This document shows positions 21,420 to 31,900 of a DNA stretch of 64,000 nt, in pieces. The translations under genes and the position numbers were made by a program. Source of the DNA: Bacteroidia bacterium (lineage in GTDB: Bacteria; Bacteroidota; Bacteroidia; M30B66); the NCBI GenBank assembly GCA_965279035.1, contig OZ257142.1:3680001-3744000 (forward strand), written 5' to 3'. The first letter of the stretch is position 1. Each line of letters starts with the position of its first letter. Below the pieces are notes generated by a model. It had not been told where the DNA came from and did not search any database. It saw only the letters and a program-made list of their open reading frames with translations.

Positions 21420-22031
21420 ATGCTTCGTTATCTCGCTAATTTTTTTTCTTGGGTATTTCAACCACTGCTTATGCCCATTTACGGAGCATTGCTTTTTTTA
21501 AGCCTTCCCTTTTATGCATTTACTATGCTCTCAGAACAGGTGAAGCTATATGTTATCTCATGCAATATCTTGTTTACGTTTATTATGCCCATCACACTCA
21601 TATTACTTATGTATCGTATGGGAATGATTACTTCTTTGCAATTGGAGAAAAGGGAAGAAAGAAAATACCCACTCATTTTTAGCTCCGTGTTTTATATTGC
21701 TAATTATTATTTCTTGAGTAAAGTTCACCTTCCAGCCCCTTACTTATTTTTTCTTTTGGCTGGATTATTTTCATTGATGCTCACTTTGGTTATTACTTAT
21801 TATTGGAAAATCTCTATGCACATGACTGGCATTGGAGGTTTATGTGGAGCTTTTTTATTGCTGAGTATAGTTTGGCCTATAGATATAAGATTGTTATTAG
21901 CAGTATTATTCTTAATTGCAGGAATAACAGGCACTTCGCGACTTTTATTACAAGCGCATACACCATCTCAATTAGCTGCTGGTTTCGCGGCTGGAATTCT
22001 CCCTCAACTTTCATTGTTGCTTTTGGTGTGA
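21420..22031 (+). CDS. PAP2-like integral membrane protein
   Basis: Multi-TM; WKISMH..G.GG and SRL.L.AHT..Q...G motifs. ATG at 21420 lies 4 nt after TACATTTG. Confidence 0.75.
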   Translation: MLRYLANFFSWVFQPLLMPIYGALLFLSLPFYAFTMLSEQVKLYVISCNILFTFIMPITLILLMYRMGMITSLQLEKREERKYPLIFSSVFYIANYYFLSKVHLPAPYLFFLLAGLFSLMLTLVITYYWKISMHMTGIGGLCGAFLLLSIVWPIDIRLLLAVLFLIAGITGTSRLLLQAHTPSQLAAGFAAGILPQLSLLLLV

Positions 22032-22206
22032 TGTGATTTTTTTTATTTTATCAACATCAGGCTCCTGTTCAGTTTCGTTCGAAATCTTCATTTAGAATGA
22101 TTCCAAATGTTAATAAGTGATTAAAATATATAGGGAATTTTTGTATGTTGCACGCTGTTGGGCAATTCTAAACAGAAACAATTCTTGACGCTAAGAATTT
22201 TCGCTG

Positions 22207-22953
22207 TTGATAATTTCACCCTCTAGACATAAATTCGTGTATTCAACCAACACTTTTATGGCAGAATTGCTGCGTAGACTTTTTATTATTTATACATATA
22301 AGTATAAATCAAATTTCTATTTCAATATCCCTCAAAACCGTAATAATTTAGGTCTTGATATCGTCAACAATTTGATTAAAAAAGTAATTCATCAGTTCTC
22401 TAACTGGCTTCGAGTTCATCGCATTTTTGAAAAGTCACTCTTTGTTTTTTATCCTGTATTACCTCTTAAAAAAAAGCAAATTGCCTTTACTCTGAGCATA
22501 CTGGCATTTACACTGAATGGTATAAGTCAGGATAATCATCCTCGTATTCAACGTAAAGAAGACTGGCCAAAATTCTGGATTGTAGGTGTTTCTGATGCTG
22601 GATTTCCGGTTCTAACAAATCAGTTTGACGAAAACAGCATGACCGAATACGGGAAACAAATTCTGAATTGGATCGATTCCCATCCTGAGCAATATGCTAA
22701 GTTAAGTCAAGACACGAATGCAATCGATGCGATCCGATATCGTGATGTGTATGCATTTAAGCCAGAGCAGAAAGCACAATTCAAAGAGATTAGTGCTCGA
22801 TTTCGATTAGCCTTAGAATTTCAGAAAAATCGATATTTCACTTCAAGTCCTAACCAAGAAGCGAAGAAACATGTGAAGCCTAAAACAAGGCCTGCAGTTT
22901 ATCTCATTTCTCAATACGACCTTCTTTACTGGAGAAAGCAAACCGGACTTTGA
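22207..22953 (+). CDS. Hypothetical protein translationally coupled to the giant adhesin (true start uncertain)
   Basis: TGA overlaps the TTG of the next gene (ttga, 22950-22953). Internal KKKQIAFTLSILAFTLNGISQ looks like a signal peptide. Confidence 0.5.
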   Translation: MIISPSRHKFVYSTNTFMAELLRRLFIIYTYKYKSNFYFNIPQNRNNLGLDIVNNLIKKVIHQFSNWLRVHRIFEKSLFVFYPVLPLKKKQIAFTLSILAFTLNGISQDNHPRIQRKEDWPKFWIVGVSDAGFPVLTNQFDENSMTEYGKQILNWIDSHPEQYAKLSQDTNAIDAIRYRDVYAFKPEQKAQFKEISARFRLALEFQKNRYFTSSPNQEAKKHVKPKTRPAVYLISQYDLLYWRKQTGL

Positions 22954-25900
22954 AAAACACTATCAAATACCTAGTATTCATGCTGATCTGGCTTTTCTTC
23001 CAAGAAGCCCAAGGTCAGACGTATACTATGGGAACAGGGAGCAACAGTAATTCTGTAACAACATGTAGTGGTACTTTTTACGACAATGGAGGTTCTGGTG
23101 CCAACTATGCAAATAATTGTAGTTCAACCTATACCTTTTGCAGCAATGTTCCCGGGCAATGCATCATGGTCAATTTCACGCAATTCAATGTGAGTGATTT
23201 TGATTTTTTTGGATTTCCATACGATTATTTAACTGTATATGATGGGCCAAGTACCGCTTCTCCCTATATGTTCGATATTAGTGGTGGTCCATTTCCTGCT
23301 CCATTTCCAGTTGCATCTTCATCAGGATGTTTAACATTTGAATTCACTTCTGATGCTTCAAATCGTTCTCCAGGATGGACTGGATTATTAACCTGTCAAC
23401 CTTGTCCAATTCCGGTTTCTCCTACCCAACAAGATTGTGATGGAGCTATCCCCATTTGCGAAGAGCAATATTATCAACCCTATGCCTATACAGGAAATAA
23501 TGGAACCGATATATTGCCTGCATCTTCTTGCTTATTAGATGGAGAATTAAATAATTCCTGGTATGTATTTACCGCTCAAACGAGTGGAAATCTATCGTTT
23601 GTCATTTCTCCCAATTTTAGCGACGACGATTACGATTGGGCGGTTTATGATATAACTAATGAAGGATGCGAAGGGATTACTGATGAATCAAGTCCAGAGA
23701 TAAGTTGTAATTTTTCTGCTGATGTTTTTGCATGGGCGGGGCAAACAGGAGCATACGGTGCGGCACCTTATTTAGGAACAGGTACAAGTACTGGTTCTGG
23801 AGGTGATCCATTTAATACCGATATCCCTGTAATTGCAGGCAATTCATACGTAATTGTTGTTAGTAATTACAGTTCTTCACAAGGAGGATATTATTTAGAT
23901 CTTTCGCCATCAACAGCCATACTTTTCGATAATACACCACCTTTAATTGCCGAAGTGGATGAAGTATCCTGTGGAGCTACTATCGTTGAAATTACTTTTT
24001 CAGAACCAACATTATGTAGTAGTATTCAAACAGGAGACTTCCAACTAAATGGTCCTGGTGGTCCTTATACAGTTACAGCAATCGATCTAGGATCATGCAC
24101 TGGTTCAGGTGTAGAATTTACACAATCGGCCGAATTAACTATAAGTCCAGCAATTACCCAAAGTGGAACCTATACACTTTGTTTAACGAGTGCTGCAGGT
24201 GGAATTAGCGATTTATGCGGAAATACAAGTACAAGCGGATGTGTTTCAGTTAGTACTTCGATAACAGTAACGGCCAATGCTGGTCCCGATAAAACAATCT
24301 GCTCAGCAGGTGCTGTAACAATAGGAGGAAGTCCAACAGCCAGCAATGGAACAGGACCATATACTTATGTTTGGTCACCATTAACAGGAATTGTATCAGG
24401 AAGTACAAGCGCCAATCCGAGTGTAAATCCTTCAATCACTACAACCTACACAGTTTTAGTTACAGACAATACAGGATGTTCTGCATCGGATGATGTGAAT
24501 GTTATTGTTTCAAATGCTGCTGCAACAAATATATCTTATACAGGCTCTCCGTTTTGTACAGCAGTTAGTACAGCTCAACTACCAACCATTTCTGGAACAA
24601 CAGGTGGGACATTTTCTGCAAGTCCATCAGGTTTAACAATCAATTCAAGTACAGGAGCAATTACCCCATCAACGAGTACAGCCAATACCTATACAATAAC
24701 TTATTCTGTTGCAGCAGCGGGGGCATGTCCGGCATTTTCGGTAACTACATCTGTTACCATTAATACTTCTGTTGCTACAAGTATATCCTATACAGGCGCA
24801 CCATTTTGCACCTCATTAGGAACAGCTCAATTACCTACAATTGTTGGGACAACTGGCGGAACATTTTCTTCAAGTCCTTCGGGTTTAACTATAAACTCAA
24901 GTACAGGAGCAATTACTCCATCAACAAGTTCAGCTAACGCATATACAATTACCTATACTGTACCTGCTTCTGGTGCCTGTCCATCGTATACAGTTACTAC
25001 TTCTGTTACAATCAATACAGCGGCATCTGCTAGCATTTCATATGCTGGCTCTCCGTATTGTACATCTGTTGTCACAGCTCAATTACCAACAATAACAGGC
25101 ACAACTGGCGGAACTTTTTCTTCAAGCCCATCTGGTTTATCTATAAATGCGAGTACTGGAGCAATCACACCATCTACAAGTACAGCTAATACTTACACAA
25201 TAACTTATACGATAGCAGCAGCTGGAGCATGTCCTGCATTTACAACTACGACCTCAGTAACAATTAATACTTCAACAACACCAACGTTTACAATTCCTAC
25301 AACATTATGTTCAGGAAATACCGCTCCCTTATTACCTGGAACATCAACAAATGGAATATCGGGAACTTGGAGTCCTTCAACAGTAAGTAATACTATTTCG
25401 GGAACCTATGTTTTTACCCCTTCATCGGGAACATGTGTCAATACATACAGCATCACAATTACTGTATTTGAAAGACCAGTAATTTATGCTCATGGAGTAG
25501 ATCCAACGTGTTCATCGCTTTGTGATGGATCAGCTACAGTAGATGTGGTTGGTGGAACAGGTTCTTACTCCTATTTGTGGAATACTACAGCTGCAACACA
25601 ATCTATTTCGGCATTATGTGCAGGAACCTATTCGGTAATTGTTACAGATGCCAATGGCTGTACATCAACTGCTTTTACTCCCGCTTCGGCTTGTTTCCAA
25701 ATTCAGGGAATCCTAGTTAATTCTTGTTCCTCAACGGAATGGAATGAGGAGATGGTATTTTTCCAAGTTGGTTCATCACCACTTAATACGAGTGCTTTAA
25801 CAGTCACATGGCCAACTTTAGCTGATAGTTGGAGAGGATTGTGTACGAATCCAACCTATATAGCAGCAGTAAATGCAACAATTACGGGTGGAGGAGTTGT

Positions 25901-28900
25901 TTTACCAATGCCTGGAACAGGAATATTACCTGCAAATGCTAACGTTGTTTTAGTTACTGAAAACGTTTTAAATGCACCTATTGCGGATTATTCCAATTTG
26001 AGCGGTCCACTATACATGATCTTTCAATGTTCGGGAAATACGCAAGGTCAATTTGTTAATTCAGGTGCTGGTACGTCCAATCCTCTCATTTTAAACTTCG
26101 GCTCAGGCTGTAGTGAATCAATTACTTACGCACCAAATTCACTGCCCAATTATAGCGGAAGTGGTGATGGTGGCTATGCACTTTATTCCTCCAATGGAAC
26201 AGCTACTTATTTAAACTATGGTTGTTCGATTCCTTATACTATTCAATCGGATGATATAACCTTAGTAGCACCTCCTCCTGTTCCAGTTGCTGTTACACCT
26301 GCTACCACTACCATTTGTTCTGGAGGAAATGTAAGTTTAACTGCATCTGGCGCCACTACATATACTTGGGCTCCATCAACCAATTTGTCGGCAACTACTG
26401 GAGCGACTGTAACTGCTAGTCCAACCGGAACAATTACATATACCGCTACAGGTACTTTAGCTGGATGTACTGGTACTGCAACAGCTATCGTTACAGTTGT
26501 AGCACCCGCAAATGCTGGATCAAATGGGCTAAAAGCTGTTTGTTCTAACGGAAGTGCTGTTGATCTTTTCAATTCACTCGGAGGAACACCTGCAACAGGA
26601 GGAACTTGGACCGGACCATCTTCTTTAGGAAACGCTTACCTTGGAACTTTCACTCCAGGAACAAGCTTAGCTGGAGTTTATACCTATACTGTAACAGGGA
26701 CTTCTCCATGTGCCAATGCAAGCGCTACTGTTACAGTTAGCCAAACTACAGAAGCAAATGCTACAATATCCTATCCTGGAGCACCTTATTGTAAAAGCAT
26801 TTCAACTGGACAAGTCCCAACCATTTCTGGCAGCACTGGCGGCACTTTTAGCTCAAGTCCTGCTGGTTTAACTTTGAATACCGTACTTGGAACAGTAACA
26901 CCTTCAAGTAGTACAGCTGGTACTTATACTGTAACATATACCATTGCTGCATCTGGTGCTTGTCCTGCATTTTCGACAATTGAAAGCTTGACCATTAATG
27001 CACTACCAGCTACACCTACGCTAACACCTAATCCACCTTGTGCCGGACAAGCCGTAACCTTTACTGCAGGAAACGGTTCTTGGTATGAATTTACTTTAAA
27101 CGGAACTCAAGTACTTGCTCCATCGGCTACGAATACATATTCAATCCCAATCCTTGTTTCTGGTGATCAAATTTGTGTAAACTCTTACCCAACTCCACCT
27201 TTTATTTTAGATGGAAATATCATTGAACCACAATGGGGAACAGCCTATGCTACTTCTGCTGGAGGTCCTGCTAGTAGTGGATTTGGGGCAGGAAATAATC
27301 TAGATGCGCTTTTCTTAAGTAATATGAGTGGCAATTTTTATGGAGCAATTGCCAGTTCTGTAGTAAACAACACAAACAATCGCGTTTTACTCTTTATAGA
27401 TTGTGAAGCGGGAGGGTATAATAGCCTTGCTGGTTGGACTGTTAGAACAAATTCACCTTATTATTCTGTTGAAAATTTAAGTAGTTCCATTTCTTTCGAT
27501 GCTGGTTTCAGCCCTGATTATGTATTAGCGATGAATCAGGCGACTGGGGATGCATTTTTCGATTTGTATCATATGTCGACCAATGTGAATAATTTCCTCG
27601 GACAAGCAAGCACATCGACCCAACTTGGATATGTGAGTAATACAAGTGTAGGAGATTATACCAAAGGGTTTGAATTTGCTTTTCCTTTATCAGCCATTGG
27701 AAATCCAACAGGAACAATGAAGCTATTTGCCATGATAGTAAATGATCCTGGCTTTGGAGTTCCAACCTTTGTAAGTAATCAATTTCTAACACACTGTGGA
27801 AGTGCTGAAAGTAATTATGGAAATGGTTTTATTGATTTTAATTCTGCTACTCCCAATCCTATAAATTATCAACTCAGTGCAGATTGCTTTTCGACTACAT
27901 GTGTAACTGCAGGTTCTCCTGTAACACCAACGTTTACAGCTGTTGCTCCAATATGTTCGGGAGCTAGTTTATCGGCTTTGCCAACTACTTCCAACAATGG
28001 TATTACTGGAACTTGGGCACCTGCATTGGATAATACAACAACAACACTTTACACATTCACGCCTTCGGCTGGACAATGTGCCACTTCAGCAACATTAACC
28101 ATCACCGTAAATCCGAATGTAACACCAACGTTCACAGCTATTGCACCTATTTGTTCGGGAGCTAGTTTATCGGCTTTGCCAACCACTTCGAACAATGGTA
28201 TCACCGGAACATGGGCACCGGCTCTTAGTAACACAACAACAACGCTTTATACATTCACGCCTGCTGCTGGGCAATGTGCAACGTCAGCAACATTAACCAT
28301 CACAGTCACACCGAATGTAACACCAACATTCACGGCTGTTGCTCCTATTTGTTCGGGAGGAAGTCTTTCGGCTTTGCCAACCACTTCCAACAATGGAATT
28401 ACCGGAACTTGGTCGCCTGCATTGGATAATACAACAACAACGCTTTACACATTCACGCCTTCGGCTGGACAATGTGCCACTTCAGCAACATTAACCATCA
28501 CCGTAAATCCGAATGTAACTCCAACGTTCACGGCTGTTTCTCCAATATGTTCGGGAGCTAGTTTATCTGCTTTGCCAACCACTTCCAACAATGGTATCAC
28601 CGGAACATGGACGCCAGCATTGGATAACACAACAACAACGCTTTACACATTCACGCCTGCTGCTGGACAATGTGCCACTTCAGCAACATTAACCATTACA
28701 GTAAATCCGAATGTAACACCAACATTCACCGCTGTTGCTCCGATTTGTTCGGGAGGAAGCCTATCGGCTTTGCCAACTACTTCCAACAATGGTATCACCG
28801 GAACTTGGGCACCTGCATTGGATAATACAACAACAACGCTATACACATTCACGCCTTCGGCTGGACAATGTGCCACTTCAGCAACATTAACCATCACAGT

Positions 28901-31900
28901 AAATCCGAATGTAACACCAACATTCACGGCTGTTGCTCCAATATGTTCGGGAGGAAGCCTATCGGCATTGCCAACTACTTCCAACAATGGTATCACCGGA
29001 ACTTGGGCACCTGCATTGGATAATACAACAACAACGCTTTACACATTCACGCCTTCGGCTGGACAATGTGCCACTTCAGCAACATCAACCATCACAGTAA
29101 ATCCGAATGTAACACCAACGTTCACACAGGTTGCAGCTATTTGTTCGGGAGGAAGTCTATCTGCATTGCCAACGACTTCAAACAATGGCATTACCGGAAC
29201 TTGGGCACCCTCGCTAGATAATACCACAACAACTGTTTATACTTTCACACCAAGTGCTGGGCAATGTGCTACAACAGCAACGATGACTATCATAGTCACC
29301 CCGAATTTAACACCAACATTCACCGCTATTGCTCCGATTTGTTCGGGAGCTAGTTTATCGGCCTTGCCAACTACTTCCAATAATGGCATCACAGGAACAT
29401 GGACGCCAGCATTGGATAACACAACTACAACGCTTTACACCTTTACTCCTTCGGCTAGTCAATGTGCAACGACTACAACATTAACCATCACAGTAAATCC
29501 GAATGTAACACCAACATTCACCGCTGTTGCTCCTATTTGTTCGGGAGGAAGTCTTTCGGCTTTGCCAACCACTTCCAACAATGGAATTACCGGAACTTGG
29601 TCGCCTGCATTGGATAATACAACAACAACGCTTTACACATTCACGCCTTCGGCTGGACAATGTGCCACTTCAGCAACATTAACCATCACCGTAAATCCGA
29701 ATGTAACTCCAACGTTCACGGCTGTTTCTCCAATATGTTCGGGAGCTAGTTTATCTGCTTTGCCAACCACTTCCAACAATGGTATCACCGGAACATGGAC
29801 GCCAGCATTGGATAACACAACAACAACGCTTTACACATTCACGCCTGCTGCTGGACAATGTGCCACTTCAGCAACATTAACCATTACAGTAAATCCGAAT
29901 GTAACACCAACATTCACCGCTGTTGCTCCGATTTGTTCGGGAGGAAGCCTATCGGCTTTGCCAACTACTTCCAACAATGGTATCACCGGAACTTGGGCAC
30001 CTGCATTGGATAATACAACAACAACGCTATACACATTCACGCCTTCGGCTGGACAATGTGCCACTTCAGCAACATTAACCATCACAGTAAATCCGAATGT
30101 AACACCAACATTCACGGCTGTTGCTCCAATATGTTCGGGAGGAAGCCTATCGGCATTGCCAACTACTTCCAACAATGGTATCACCGGAACTTGGGCACCT
30201 GCATTGGATAATACAACAACAACGCTTTACACATTCACGCCTACTGCTGGACAATGTGCCACTACAGCAACATTAACCATCACAGTAAATCCGAATGTAT
30301 TACCAACGTTCACTCAGGTTGCTGCTATTTGTTCAGGCGGAAGTCTTTCTGCATTGCCAACGACTTCAAACAATGGCATTACCGGAACTTGGGCACCGGC
30401 GCTAGATAATACCACCACAACTGTTTATACTTTCACGCCAAGTGCTGGGCAATGTGCTACAACGGCAACGATGACTATCATAGTCACCCCGAATTTAACA
30501 CCAACATTCACCGCTATTGCTCCGATTTGTTCGGGAGCTAGTTTATCGGCCTTGCCAACTACTTCCAATAATGGCATCACAGGAACATGGACGCCAGCAT
30601 TGGATAACACAACTACAACGCTTTACACCTTTACTCCTTCGGCTAGTCAATGTGCAACGTCTGCAACATTAACCATTACTGTAAATCCGAATGTAACACC
30701 AACGTTCACGGCTGTTGCTCCGATTTGTTCGGGAGGAAGTCTATCGGCTTTGCCAACTACTTCCAATAATGGCATCACTGGAACATGGACGCCAGCATTG
30801 GATAACACAACTACAACGCTTTACACATTCACACCTGCTGCTGGACAATGCGCCACGACTGCAACGTTGACCATCACTGTGAATATTCCAACAACGCCCA
30901 CATTTACGTTGACTTCAACTATATGTAATGGAGATGCCGTTTCGGCTTTGCCAACCACTTCAAACAATGGCATCACCGGTATTTGGACTCCTGCTTTAAA
31001 TAATACAATTACCACCTTATATACATTCACTCCATCGGCTGGACAATGCGCTTCAGTTTTTACTTTCACATTGAATGTAATTCAACCGACAACACCGATA
31101 TTCACTCAGGTTCCAGCAATATGTACAGGAGGAGCATTAGCCGCTTTACCTACCATTTCGAACAATAGTTATTCGGGATCTTGGTCACCTGCAATTGACA
31201 ATACAACTACTACAACGTATACATTCACTCCATTTGCTGGTCAATGTGCTGCTACAGCTAGCATGACAATTACCGTAAATCCGAATATAACACCAACGTT
31301 CGCTCCTATTCCAGATATCTGTTTAGGAGATGTTGCTCCCGTGTTACCTACTACTTCAACTAATAGTATAACCGGAACTTGGTTTCCAATAACAGTTAGT
31401 ACTTCGATTTCTAATACGTATACGTTTACAGCATCAGCTGGGCAGTGTGCAACAACAGCAACACTAACTACTACGATTATTAGCCCAACGATTCCTTTGT
31501 TTAATGCTGTTGCTCCAGTATGTTCTGGGGGCACTGCACCAATATTACCTTTAACTTCAACGAATGGAATAACAGGAACTTGGCTTCCTGCATCAGTTAG
31601 TAATACAGTATCGGGTACTTATACATTTACACCTTCTGCTGGACAATGTGCTTCGGCTACAACAATTACAGTGACTGTTGCAACACCCAATGTTCCATCT
31701 TTTAATACAATTCCACCAATTTGTTCAGGTGATCTAGCTCCTTCTTTACCAAGTTCATCTCTTAACTCTATTGTTGGTACTTGGCTTCCTGCATTAGTAA
31801 ATAATACAACTTCAGGAACATATACTTTCACCCCCAATGCAGGACAATGCGCAACAACAACCACAACAAGCATAACAGTAAATCCCATTGTGACTACTGT

